IMG/VR virus record: IMGVR_UViG_3300020434_000055
Reading direction: 5' to 3' (one strand)
DNA: 64,000 nt
Source of the DNA: a virus
Taxonomy: Duplodnaviria; Caudoviricetes
Each line of letters starts with the position of its first letter. Position 1 is the first letter of the stretch. Under the pieces are notes generated by a model that was not told the origin of the DNA, did no database searches, and saw only the letters and a program-made list of their open reading frames with translations. The translations under genes and the position numbers were made by a program. Below, in pieces: positions 26,319 to 36,549 of the stretch.

Positions 26319-26777
26319 TTATGTGTTTAAAATTTCCTTAAGATATTCTTTATTCCAATAAGAATAGTAATCTGTTTTGCGTAAATTATCTCTTGCTTCT
26401 TCTAATTCTTTTCTTTTTTGACCTAATACAAAATTATATTTTCCATTATTTGTTTTTACTTTGTCTATATACGTTTTTCTTTCTCGATGATCGGGCAAAA
26501 ACACATAAGATGGATGTTCTTTATTAAGCAATTCACATAATTGATTTAATTGTGATATTGAAAAATCATTATTAAACATAAAAATTGTAACATCTTTTTT
26601 AATATGTTTTTCTTCAACAAAACGAAAACAGTTTTCTAAAATACTTTCATCACAAATAACCAAATTCCATACTGCTTTTTTGGCATAAGGGCAGACAGAA
26701 TGACCATTTAAACTTTCATTTACAACACCTAAATGTTGTATCCAATCCTCTATATGGCTGTAAATACGTTGAGTCAT
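26319..26777 (-). CDS. Conserved hypothetical protein (minus strand)
   Basis: MTQRIYSHIEDWI...NGHSVCPYAKKA...ELEEARDNLRKTDYYSYW; minus-strand ATTAAATA at 26789-26796. Confidence 0.65.
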   Translation of the reverse strand: MTQRIYSHIEDWIQHLGVVNESLNGHSVCPYAKKAVWNLVICDESILENCFRFVEEKHIKKDVTIFMFNNDFSISQLNQLCELLNKEHPSYVFLPDHRERKTYIDKVKTNNGKYNFVLGQKRKELEEARDNLRKTDYYSYWNKEYLKEILNT

Positions 26778-26796
26778 TATAATAACGATATTTAAT

Positions 26797-27381
26797 ATGG
26801 TAGTAATAGGAAACGGCGAAAGTAGAAAACTAATCAATCTAAGTGAAATTAAATCTGAAACGATTGGCTGTAATGCTATCTTTAGAGATTGTATAGTTGA
26901 TCATTTGGTTTGTGTTGATCGAAGAACACTTAAAGAAGCAATTAATCACGAAAATACTAAACATACAATGATATACACTAGGCCCGATTGGCTTAATATG
27001 TATACAAGTGTTTTTGAAGTACCAGAACTATTTTATGAAGGAAAAGAAAGACCCGATCAACCTATGCATTGGGGCAGTGGACAATTTGCTCTTTTAGTTG
27101 CAATTGACAATTGTAATAGTGAAAATATAGATATTATAGGATTTGACCTTTATGGAAATGACAATAAAATTAATAACATTTATAAAGGAACCAAAAGCTA
27201 TGAAAATGATAATTCACACGCCGTAGATCCTCGTTATTGGATATATCAAAATAAAAAAATATTTGAGTATTTTTCTAAATTTACCTTCAATTACTACGTA
27301 AATAATAGTTTTAAAGTACCTGATAGTTGGACAGGTCTTAAAAATCTTAAAATTAAGGACATTAAAAAATATGAGTACTAG
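26797..27381 (+). CDS. Glycosyltransferase-like / MptE-like Rossmann protein
   Basis: VVIGNGESR...IGCNAIFRD...HLVCVD...WGSG...IDIIGFDLY pattern. Confidence 0.55.
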   Translation: MVVIGNGESRKLINLSEIKSETIGCNAIFRDCIVDHLVCVDRRTLKEAINHENTKHTMIYTRPDWLNMYTSVFEVPELFYEGKERPDQPMHWGSGQFALLVAIDNCNSENIDIIGFDLYGNDNKINNIYKGTKSYENDNSHAVDPRYWIYQNKKIFEYFSKFTFNYYVNNSFKVPDSWTGLKNLKIKDIKKYEY

Positions 27382-28087
27382 ATACGTTGTTTGTCTTAAA
27401 CATGGATTTAAGTATGGCCCTGAATATGTAAACATTTTAGCTAAAATGGTTAAAAGAAACTGTACTCTTCCTTATGAATTTGTTTGTTATACTGAAAACA
27501 CACATGGTATAGACAAAAATGGTATAACAATTTTACCATTACCTACTGCGTATCCAATGATTTCTGGATGGTGGTATAAACCTTTGTTATTCAATCCTTG
27601 GCAAAAACAATTAAATGGCACAATTCTTTATATTGATTTAGATGTAATTATATTTAGAAATATAGATAAACTTTTTACATATAAAGAAGGATCTTTTTGT
27701 GTAATAAAAGATTTTAATAGATCCACCAATCCTGATTGGACTAGAATGAATTCTAGTGTAGTTAGATGGCAACCAGGACAACAGTCTCAAGTATATACAG
27801 AATTTATAAAAGACCCAGGTCATACAGCACGAAGATTTCACGGAGATCAAGATTGGTTGTATGCTAATGTAAAAAAAGATTTTGAATTTTGGCCTGATGA
27901 ATGGATCCAAAGTTATAAATGGGAAATGAGAAATAGACCGCCTATGGTTAGACAGCCAAATGGTATTAGGAATTTTAAATCACCCGGAGTTCCTATAATA
28001 AAAGAAAATACAAGTATTGCTGTTTTTCACGGTGACCCTAATCCTAAAGTATGTTGTGACCCATGGTGTAAAGAAAATTGGAAGTAA
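27371..28087 (+). CDS. GT-A (GT8-like) glycosyltransferase
   Basis: VVCLKHGFKYGPEYVNIL, GWWYKP, LYIDLDVII (DxD), NSSVVRW, HGDQDW, VFHGDPNP. Confidence 0.8.
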   Translation: MSTRYVVCLKHGFKYGPEYVNILAKMVKRNCTLPYEFVCYTENTHGIDKNGITILPLPTAYPMISGWWYKPLLFNPWQKQLNGTILYIDLDVIIFRNIDKLFTYKEGSFCVIKDFNRSTNPDWTRMNSSVVRWQPGQQSQVYTEFIKDPGHTARRFHGDQDWLYANVKKDFEFWPDEWIQSYKWEMRNRPPMVRQPNGIRNFKSPGVPIIKENTSIAVFHGDPNPKVCCDPWCKENWK

Positions 28088-28272
28088 TTAGTTTAAAAGA
28101 ATTGTTTGAAGTAATACATTGGTGTAATACCATTTCAGAAACTACAGTATTACCAATGAATGTAGTAGAATATTGTTCTGCTGTTCACACATATACTCTT
28201 GGTGAACATTTTGACAATAATTTTGAAAATTTTAAAACCATGTATCAAACATATATAGGAAACCTACAATGA
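28078..28272 (+). CDS. Hypothetical protein
   Basis: Short coupled ORF. Confidence 0.45.
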   Translation: MEVISLKELFEVIHWCNTISETTVLPMNVVEYCSAVHTYTLGEHFDNNFENFKTMYQTYIGNLQ

Positions 28273-28478
28273 TAATACGAAAATTGATACTCGTCATTTG
28301 TTTTTTTGTTCTTATAAGCAGTTGTGTTAGAGGAAATCATACGTTAACCTCAGTATGTTATAAAGAAAAATATCATACGTTACTATTAGATGGAGCAAGA
28401 ACTGTTAAAAGAATAGTTGATGATGAATGCTATAAAAAGGAAGAAGTCCTACGTTGGAAGTGGCATAAACAATTTTAA
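28269..28478 (+). CDS. Small lipoprotein-like protein
   Basis: Signal with LISSC lipobox-like motif. Confidence 0.5.
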   Translation: MIIRKLILVICFFVLISSCVRGNHTLTSVCYKEKYHTLLLDGARTVKRIVDDECYKKEEVLRWKWHKQF

Positions 28479-28495
28479 TAATACCAAAATAGTTC

Positions 28496-28732
28496 TTGAT
28501 TATTAATTTAAAATATTATATAATCATTGAAATGATAGACACATATATTACCAAAATTAAAAATTGGATAGGCCATAGGCTAAAAGAAAGAACTACTGCT
28601 GATGGTATAGTTCTTATCGTAGCAGGTATTGTTTACTTAATTTTTAAACCTATAGCAAGTTTAGTGGCTTATGCCGCTATTTTCTATGGTGGTTGGACAA
28701 TTTATAAAAAAGAAAATAAATCCGACAATTAA
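28496..28732 (+). CDS. Two-TM small membrane protein
   Basis: ERTTADGIVLIVAGIVYLIFKPIASLVAYAAIFYGGWTIYKKE. Confidence 0.65.
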   Translation: MIINLKYYIIIEMIDTYITKIKNWIGHRLKERTTADGIVLIVAGIVYLIFKPIASLVAYAAIFYGGWTIYKKENKSDN

Positions 28733-29016
28733 AAATCACTTACTCGCTTTGTACTAGATACAGGCATATCTAAGAGTTTTCTTTGTTTAACACCTTGTTG
28801 TTGAGCAAACTTTTTAGGATCACATTTAGCACATACGTGCTTATAAAAATCTGTTAATCTCTTTACTTCAATACTACCTCTAGGTCTGATAAATTTTTCA
28901 GAGCAAGAATCACATTTAAAAATGTAAAGGGTTTGTACCCTTTTACATTTGTGTTTTTTACCTAATTTGCTGGTCCTTTCAGACCAAGTAGTTTTTTTCT
29001 CTTCACCAATAAACAT
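28729..29016 (-). CDS. Zinc-ribbon protein (minus strand)
   Basis: CDSC...HVCAKC Cys pairs; minus-strand GTAAATA at 29024-29030. Confidence 0.65.
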   Translation of the reverse strand: MFIGEEKKTTWSERTSKLGKKHKCKRVQTLYIFKCDSCSEKFIRPRGSIEVKRLTDFYKHVCAKCDPKKFAQQQGVKQRKLLDMPVSSTKRVSDF

Positions 29017-29080
29017 ATAATTTTATTTACATTAGGATTAATGGATTTACCATAAATAGTGTTAACAGGAAACATTAAAG

Positions 29081-29437
29081 ATGGCGATATTAACACTTAC
29101 AGACTCGGCAAAGCAAAAAATTAAAGAACTTTGTACAGAAAATAGCAAATATGCTGTGAGATTAGGAATTAAAGGCGGCGGATGTGCTGGTTTTTCCTAT
29201 GATTGGGGATTTGCAAATCAAGACCAAATAGAAACAAATGATGAATTAATTCAAGTAGATGGTGGAAATCTATTAATAGATTCTGGTAGTATAATGTTTC
29301 TACTTGGTTCAGAATTAAGCTACGTAAAAGAAGTATTTGGTTCACAATTTAATATTACAAGTCCTAAAGTAAAATCGTCATGTGGTTGTGGAGAAAGTGT
29401 AACTTTTGATATGGATAAGGTAACTGTAGATGTCTAA
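29081..29437 (+). CDS. iscA: IscA/SufA (HesB) Fe-S cluster carrier
   Basis: LTLTDSAKQKIKE, RLGIKGGGCAGFSY, SPKVKSSCGCGESV. Confidence 0.93.
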   Translation: MAILTLTDSAKQKIKELCTENSKYAVRLGIKGGGCAGFSYDWGFANQDQIETNDELIQVDGGNLLIDSGSIMFLLGSELSYVKEVFGSQFNITSPKVKSSCGCGESVTFDMDKVTVDV

Positions 29438-32400
29438 ACAGATTATTAATATAGGTATAGAAGGTAATGACGGTACGGGTGATGCGATAAGAGACGCATT
29501 TCGTAAAGCCAATGAAAACTTCACAGAATTATATGCAGTATTTGGTCAAGGTGGTCAAATTACTTTTTCTGCATTAAGTGATACACCTGCCTCACTAGGT
29601 TCTAAAAAAATCCCAATATCTAACGATGCCGGTAACGCCATCGAAATGAGAACAATAACAGGTGGCACAGGAATAGCTGTTGACTTAACAACAAATTCCG
29701 ATGCTATTATTTTAAACAGTACAGGAACCACAGTTGATTCTGACGCTACACCAGGATTAGGCGGTCCACTTAATGGTAATACTTTTCCTATAGGAAATAT
29801 ATCCATTACTGATCAAGCAGTAATAGATTACAATACAGCCCACGGGGCAAATATATCTATAGATGATCTTGTAATTAATAAAAAATATGCAGATCAAAGA
29901 TATTTAAAAGTTTCAGGAGGTCCTAGTGGAGCATCAGGACAACTTAGAGTTAGAAATGAACCTACAGACGGTTCAGAATATACATTAACAATAACTGCTT
30001 TTAATAATGGTGACCCTACAATAACTAATCACGGATTTGACGCAGGTTCAAATGGTTTAGCTTTCATTTATAATTCTACGGCAACTGATGCAGTAAATTT
30101 AGTATCAGAGTCTATTTACTACATTAGATACATTGATGTTAATACTTTATCTCTTCACGCCAGTGTAGCAGAAGCTACAAATGATGATGACAGTACAAGA
30201 GTTAAAATTTCTGCTAGTGGTGGTTCAGGAACTCAAACACTTGCTGATAATGAATACGATAGTACGTTAACAGGTAATTGGTTAAGTTCAGAAGCTCTTC
30301 CTAGAAAAGCTATAGTTCGAAGACAAGGCGATACTATGGAAGGAATACTTAATTTATTTGACCATCCAGGAGCAATGGCTGGATTAGGAAGAACATATCC
30401 AGATGCTTACGCAAATATAGTTGCAAATAGAGAATTTTTAGCAGACGAAGTAATGGCTTGGTTTGATACTGCTTATCCAAATGCTCACAATCAACTTTTT
30501 AGTGTATCAGCCGCAACATACTCTCCTGCATCAGGAGTAATGGAATTAACTGTTGGGTCACACACTTTACAAGCTGGTACTACTATTAAGATTGACGCAA
30601 ATAGTTTAACATTTACTTGTGCTTTAGATAGTCATGCAACAAATCATACCTATCCAAGAGCAACTGGATCATCTGCACCAGGCGGATATGATCCTGTTTA
30701 CAATACAGCAATTGCAATTACTGGAGTAACAGCAACAACAATTACTGTAAATGTTGGTATATCAAGTGATACGTCAGCACATACATTTGTAAGTGCTACT
30801 TCTAATTGTATATCTACTGAACGTCATGAAAAATGTGAACGTGATACAAAATTTAATATTGATGCAATTGCACATGACGTAAAACATGGAGGTAATGCAG
30901 AAATAATTAGAGTATCAAAATATTATTGGGAAGGTGCATCATCACAACTTGCCGCTGGCGAAATAAATTATGCTATTCTAATTAATAATAAATTAAGAGA
31001 TTTTATTAATACTAATATTATACCTAATGTTGCACTTTCTACAAATCAAAATCCAGTAGTTACTACACAAACTACTACAACTAAAAATGGAGAAGCAGGA
31101 GCTGATACAAAAGTAACTTCGTTAGTTGCAACTATTAATAATATTACTGAAAACGGTTTAGATGTCATACCAACACCAACACCTGCAGTAGATGTCGGTG
31201 ATTTACAGGCGGCAACAAAAAAATATGTTGATTCAGCAGTTACACATTCAGCAACTAATTTATTTGTAAACACCAAAGGTGACGATTCAATGGAAGGGAT
31301 ACCTCAAGACAAATGGGGTAGAACTTTAGGTACTGCTTATGCTACAATAGGTGCCGCGGCGGCTAGAGCAGAAGAAATAATGAATACTACTCCTTTTGAA
31401 CCAGGTCCTTGGAGACAAGTTATTACATATAATAATGGTGCTAATGATTCTACAATAACATCTTCCGGTGTTGACAATAGTAGCGGTTATGGTGATGTAA
31501 AATTATTAATTGATGCTAATAGACAATTTATAATTGAAGAAGCAGTTGCAAGTACAGAGGCATCATATCCTACTCACGTAAATTTTGGAACTTTATGTAG
31601 AAGAGATTTAGGTTATGCTCTTGATGGATTAATTATAGATATAATAAATGGATTAAATGCTAATTACCAAGCAATTTTAGTAGGGCAAAGATTTTATAAC
31701 AGTAATAGTGGATTGTATGCAATTACTACACAAAAAGATCAAACATTACACGCAATAGGTTATGCTAAACAACTTGTAAATTATATTTTAACTAATACAT
31801 CACCAGGTAGTTTATTCCAAACAGATTATACTCAAACAATTAATAATTCTTGGACTGTAGATGCTAATGGATTAGCTTCTGCTCAAGCAAAATTTACAAT
31901 TATAGAAAATATTGTTACTAATGGTTTAAGTGTTTCTCCTGCTCTTGTTGATGGTAGTACTTGGGAAATTAAACTTGACAATGGTGGCACAGGTAACGTA
32001 GATCCTAATCCAACTAATAGTCCAGATTTAATTGCTGGAAAAATGGTTAGAGGTTTAACTACTCACGCAACAGGAAAAGTAGTTTCTGTAACACAAGGAG
32101 CTTCTGTAGATACAGTCCTAGTTGATTTATTAGAACCAAAAACATTTGCAATAGGTGAAAAAGTAGAATTTGCTCAACCAATAAGAGAGAAACATATAGC
32201 TATAAAAGTTGAATCAGGCGTATATTACGAAGACCTTCCAATCAAATTACCTGATAACGTTTCTCTTCAAGGTGATGAAATGAGAAGAAGTATTATTAGA
32301 CCTCGTGACAGAATTTCTCAATCTCCTTGGGTAAGAATGTATTTTTATAGAGATTTAACATTTGATGGTTTAACAATTGCTACACAAAATTATGGTTATC

Positions 32401-35400
32401 ACTATTTGTCAGATGCAAATGATAACGCCAGTACTCCTAAAAATAATAAAGAATTAGATATTCTTTTATTAAACAACTCAAGTATTATAAAAAATATAAC
32501 ATTCCAAGGACATGGAGGCTTTGCACAGGTATTAGATCCTGAAGGAGCAATTCTTACTAAATCTCCTTATACGTTTGACGCCGCTTGTTATTCTCAATCT
32601 ATAAATGCTAAAGCATTTAGAGGTGGAATGTATATTGATGCATTCGCAGGTAATTTACCTACAAAAGTAACTAATGTTGTTAGTCCTTTTATTTTAGACG
32701 TAACAAGTGATGCAGGAACAGGTTTAAGAATTAGAAAACCAATGACACCTTGTCCTTTTTATATTGATGGTGATAGATATCAAATTAATGCAATAAAAAA
32801 TTATGATCAAGCAAACGGTACAGCTCAATTACTTCTTGACTCTACATCCAATAGTGGTAATGGTTGGACTGGTGCATATTCTCCACCTTATTCTATTAAT
32901 GTTCAAACAGCAGGTAATAAATCAGCTTTAGGTCACGCATTTACTCAAATAAATGATTTAGGTTATGGTATAGTTGTTACTAATAGTGGATTATCAGAAT
33001 TAGTATCTTGTTTTACATATTTCTGTCAAACAGGTATGTATGCAAATCAAGGTGGAAAAATAAGATCTTTAAATAGTTCTTGTTGTCATGGAACATACGG
33101 ACTTGTTTCATCAGGCAGTGACCCTAACGAATCTGTTGATCCTATAACATTAACAAGTGACATGGTTCAAACAGCACTAGCCCGAGATGATGGTGCTAGT
33201 CTAACAAATCCTAGTGGAGCATTATCAATTTATGTTTTTGATTTAGATTATGTTGTTACTAATAATTCTGAAGTAGAAGTAGATCACGGTGGAGTAACAG
33301 GTGTTATAAGATATGAAGTTACAACTATTGAAACAACTACGGAAACTGCTCCGGCAAGTACTAGAGATTCAGCAATCTATAAAATTAATTTAGGAACAAG
33401 TGGTAAAAACGAAACATCTACAACAGGATTAAAACAAGCTATTGCAGATGATCAAACAATAACGATTAGAGCAAATTCTCAATTTGTATTTGGTGCTGTA
33501 GATGATCCGTCCCCAACAAAACCTACTACTGCTATAGTTTTTGATGAAACTCCTACAGTAACATATAGAAGTATTTCTTATTCAACATCTAACCCAGTTG
33601 GTGTTGCCTTACCAGCCAATAGTGCCTTAATTGCTTTTGATGATGTTTATGACTATATTAAAGTAGTTGTAAATGATGCAGAAGCTCAAAATAGTACTCA
33701 CGCAGGTGCAGGAACAACAATGGGACATACAGTAGGTGATGTTGTAATTGCAATTGATAAAGTTGCAGAATCAGTAGATATTGCAAGATTAAACAATGGC
33801 GATATGACATTTGGTTGGGATGGTAAAACTCACAAAATTACAAGTTATACAGATAGAACAACATATGCCACAATAGAAATTACAGATGTATCAAATATTA
33901 ATCCTACTCCAATAGGTACAGGAATTCATAGTCCTATGTCAGGATATACTGGAAGTTCTGGTGCTCCTACATTAAGAGTTGGCTTGTCATCTACTGAACC
34001 AGCTACAATTACTGTATTTGTTTCTACACTAAGAGCATCAAATCATGATTTCTTAGATATAGGAACTGGTGGTTGGAATAGTACTAATTTTCCTAATGTA
34101 ATTTATGGAGCTCCAACAACAGCTCCAGCTCAAGCTAATGAAACTTTAGAATTAGATAAAGGAAGAATTTACTATGTTAGTACTGATCAAGATGGTTTCT
34201 TTAGAGTAGGAAAATATTTTACAGTTGATCAAGCCACAGGAACAGTTTCTTTTGCGGCGGCAATTGCAATTAGTAATCTTGATGGTATAGGATTTAAAAG
34301 AGGTGTTGTTGTAGCAGAATTTAGTACAGACGGCTCAATGATTGACAATTCTACTGATACTGTACCAACAGAATCAGCTGTTAGACAATATGTTAATAGA
34401 AGATTAGGTTTTGACCATGCAAATACTTTAGTAGGTAATCCAATTGGTGCAGGTGCAGTTGCTAGAGATGGTTCTGCTCCATTTACAGCAAACGTAGGTG
34501 CAGGTGGACATAAATTAATTGACTTATCAGATCCTTCAGCAGATCAAGATGCCGCTACAAAAAGTTATACAGATAGCATCATATATGAAACAGATCAAAT
34601 TGAAGATATAAGAAATATTAATATTTCTAGTTTAGCTTCAGGTCACCTTTTAGTATTCAATGGAGCATATAGATTATTTTCTAATCCAGCATCAGGTGGA
34701 AATTTTGCGGCAAGTGATGTAATCACTGGTTCTGTTACAGGTGCAACAGGAACAATAACAGAAGTTGAAGTTCTTGTATTACCTGGAGGCGTTAATGCTA
34801 CTAGAATTACTTTTAATTGGACTTCTAGCCCAACAGCTTTCACAACAGCAGATATAATTGACACAGGTGGTGGAGTTACAGCTCAAGTTATTGATGCTCC
34901 TATGAATGAAGTAGCCAATGCTGTAATGTCTGCATCTAGTGATGTTAGTATAACTGCAACTAGAGGAGCAAATGATACTGAAATAGATTTCCAAATAGAA
35001 TCAGATGTTATTGTAAATGCAGATGTTAAATCCGACGCCAACATATCACAAAGTAAATTAAACTTAAATGCGGCAACTACAAGAGCAAATGCTTCAGGAA
35101 TTAGTCAAGCAGACTTAGGTGTTGCAAGTTTTGATAGTAGCACTTTTACTATTACTGATGGTTGGGTTGAAATTACTCCTAGTTCACTTACATTTAGTGA
35201 CTTACCTAATTTAGCTCAAAATGAAGCATATGCTAGAACAGCCGTTGGTTCAGGTTCAGCAAGTGCAATTAGTTTTGATGATATAATTAGTGGAGGTGGT
35301 GCAGTTATTGATTCTGACTTTGTTACAGAAGTAGGACAAGCAGATGATCCTGGAGAAGCACTTATAAAAATTGGTGCAGGTCAATACAAAATTACTAATG

Positions 35401-36326
35401 TATCAAAAACAGGAGAATCAAACAGTATAATTAAATCAGATGGTTCTGGTGTAGTTAATATTTCATCATTGTCTATAGATAGTAATCCGACAATGGATGT
35501 TGTTTCAAGTACTCTTGAATTTCACACACCTGGCGGAATAAAATTTTTATCAGGAGTTGGAAGTACATCTGCTACTACTGTTGTTGATTTTATAGGAAAA
35601 GAATTTAGCCTTAATCATGTTTCTACTGGAGATGCTTCAGCAAGTAATTCTCAAGAAGCAGATGACGCCGCTCTTGCAGTTAGTCATTTATATACAAAAT
35701 TTATAGAATCAGAAGAAAAAGATACTGATCCAACTGGAATAGGTTTAGGTCAAAGTAGTGCATACGTTTCTGCCAGTGATACAGGTACAGAAGGTAGAAT
35801 AGCACTTGTGGCTGACGGACTTGTTCCAGTATTAGTTACAGCAACAGGAATTATTCCTGATGCAGATGTAACATATAACATTGGTACATCTACAAGAAAA
35901 TATAATACAATGTATGCAACTACTTTTGAAGGTACAGCAACATCGGCACAATACGCTGACTTGGCGGAAAAATATATTGCCGATAATGAATATGATCCAG
36001 GTACAGTTATAATATTTGGTGGGGACAAAGAAGTTACTACTACACAATTATCTGAAGACACAAGAGTTGCTGGAGTTGTTTCAGACAAACCAGCATACTT
36101 AATGAATTCAGAACAAGAAGGTGGAACAGCAATTGCTCTTCAAGGTAGAGTTAAAGTTAAAATAGCTGGAATGTGTAGAAAAGGTGATATGTTAGTTACA
36201 AGTAGTATTAGAGGATACGCTTCATCTAGTCCTGATCCTAGAGTTGGAACAGTATTAGGTAAAGCATTAGAAGATCATATGAGCCCAGGACAAGGTATGA
36301 TAGAAATGGTAGTAGGTAGAGTATAA
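29430..36326 (+). CDS. Giant virion structural protein (baseplate wedge/tail fibre-like), 2298 aa
   Basis: gp9/gp10-type N-terminus INIGIEGNDGTGDAIRDAFRKANENFTELY; beta-helix-like middle (GVYYEDLPIKLPDNVSLQGDEMRR); C-terminal ATSAQYADLAEKY...VAGVVS..PAYLMN...IALQGRVKVK chaperone-like domain. Confidence 0.8.
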   Translation: MSKQIINIGIEGNDGTGDAIRDAFRKANENFTELYAVFGQGGQITFSALSDTPASLGSKKIPISNDAGNAIEMRTITGGTGIAVDLTTNSDAIILNSTGTTVDSDATPGLGGPLNGNTFPIGNISITDQAVIDYNTAHGANISIDDLVINKKYADQRYLKVSGGPSGASGQLRVRNEPTDGSEYTLTITAFNNGDPTITNHGFDAGSNGLAFIYNSTATDAVNLVSESIYYIRYIDVNTLSLHASVAEATNDDDSTRVKISASGGSGTQTLADNEYDSTLTGNWLSSEALPRKAIVRRQGDTMEGILNLFDHPGAMAGLGRTYPDAYANIVANREFLADEVMAWFDTAYPNAHNQLFSVSAATYSPASGVMELTVGSHTLQAGTTIKIDANSLTFTCALDSHATNHTYPRATGSSAPGGYDPVYNTAIAITGVTATTITVNVGISSDTSAHTFVSATSNCISTERHEKCERDTKFNIDAIAHDVKHGGNAEIIRVSKYYWEGASSQLAAGEINYAILINNKLRDFINTNIIPNVALSTNQNPVVTTQTTTTKNGEAGADTKVTSLVATINNITENGLDVIPTPTPAVDVGDLQAATKKYVDSAVTHSATNLFVNTKGDDSMEGIPQDKWGRTLGTAYATIGAAAARAEEIMNTTPFEPGPWRQVITYNNGANDSTITSSGVDNSSGYGDVKLLIDANRQFIIEEAVASTEASYPTHVNFGTLCRRDLGYALDGLIIDIINGLNANYQAILVGQRFYNSNSGLYAITTQKDQTLHAIGYAKQLVNYILTNTSPGSLFQTDYTQTINNSWTVDANGLASAQAKFTIIENIVTNGLSVSPALVDGSTWEIKLDNGGTGNVDPNPTNSPDLIAGKMVRGLTTHATGKVVSVTQGASVDTVLVDLLEPKTFAIGEKVEFAQPIREKHIAIKVESGVYYEDLPIKLPDNVSLQGDEMRRSIIRPRDRISQSPWVRMYFYRDLTFDGLTIATQNYGYHYLSDANDNASTPKNNKELDILLLNNSSIIKNITFQGHGGFAQVLDPEGAILTKSPYTFDAACYSQSINAKAFRGGMYIDAFAGNLPTKVTNVVSPFILDVTSDAGTGLRIRKPMTPCPFYIDGDRYQINAIKNYDQANGTAQLLLDSTSNSGNGWTGAYSPPYSINVQTAGNKSALGHAFTQINDLGYGIVVTNSGLSELVSCFTYFCQTGMYANQGGKIRSLNSSCCHGTYGLVSSGSDPNESVDPITLTSDMVQTALARDDGASLTNPSGALSIYVFDLDYVVTNNSEVEVDHGGVTGVIRYEVTTIETTTETAPASTRDSAIYKINLGTSGKNETSTTGLKQAIADDQTITIRANSQFVFGAVDDPSPTKPTTAIVFDETPTVTYRSISYSTSNPVGVALPANSALIAFDDVYDYIKVVVNDAEAQNSTHAGAGTTMGHTVGDVVIAIDKVAESVDIARLNNGDMTFGWDGKTHKITSYTDRTTYATIEITDVSNINPTPIGTGIHSPMSGYTGSSGAPTLRVGLSSTEPATITVFVSTLRASNHDFLDIGTGGWNSTNFPNVIYGAPTTAPAQANETLELDKGRIYYVSTDQDGFFRVGKYFTVDQATGTVSFAAAIAISNLDGIGFKRGVVVAEFSTDGSMIDNSTDTVPTESAVRQYVNRRLGFDHANTLVGNPIGAGAVARDGSAPFTANVGAGGHKLIDLSDPSADQDAATKSYTDSIIYETDQIEDIRNINISSLASGHLLVFNGAYRLFSNPASGGNFAASDVITGSVTGATGTITEVEVLVLPGGVNATRITFNWTSSPTAFTTADIIDTGGGVTAQVIDAPMNEVANAVMSASSDVSITATRGANDTEIDFQIESDVIVNADVKSDANISQSKLNLNAATTRANASGISQADLGVASFDSSTFTITDGWVEITPSSLTFSDLPNLAQNEAYARTAVGSGSASAISFDDIISGGGAVIDSDFVTEVGQADDPGEALIKIGAGQYKITNVSKTGESNSIIKSDGSGVVNISSLSIDSNPTMDVVSSTLEFHTPGGIKFLSGVGSTSATTVVDFIGKEFSLNHVSTGDASASNSQEADDAALAVSHLYTKFIESEEKDTDPTGIGLGQSSAYVSASDTGTEGRIALVADGLVPVLVTATGIIPDADVTYNIGTSTRKYNTMYATTFEGTATSAQYADLAEKYIADNEYDPGTVIIFGGDKEVTTTQLSEDTRVAGVVSDKPAYLMNSEQEGGTAIALQGRVKVKIAGMCRKGDMLVTSSIRGYASSSPDPRVGTVLGKALEDHMSPGQGMIEMVVGRV

Positions 36327-36541
36327 TGGCACAACAAAATATAAATGTAGGTACAAGTGCAAACAAAGGTGATGGTGATCCATTAAGAACGGCGTTTACT
36401 AAAATAAACTCCAATTTTACTGACGCAGACACTAGAATAGTTGCATTAGAAGATGGAACAATTTCTTTAGCAACTTTAAAATCAGTAGTGGCGGCAAGTA
36501 CAGATTTTAATGATTTTAAAACAAGGGTAGCGGCATTATAG
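36326..36541 (+). CDS. Small structural protein with gp9/gp10-type N-terminal motif
   Basis: INVGTSANKGDGDPLRTAFTKINSNFTD. Confidence 0.7.
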   Translation: MAQQNINVGTSANKGDGDPLRTAFTKINSNFTDADTRIVALEDGTISLATLKSVVAASTDFNDFKTRVAAL

Positions 36542-36549
36542 GATAGATT

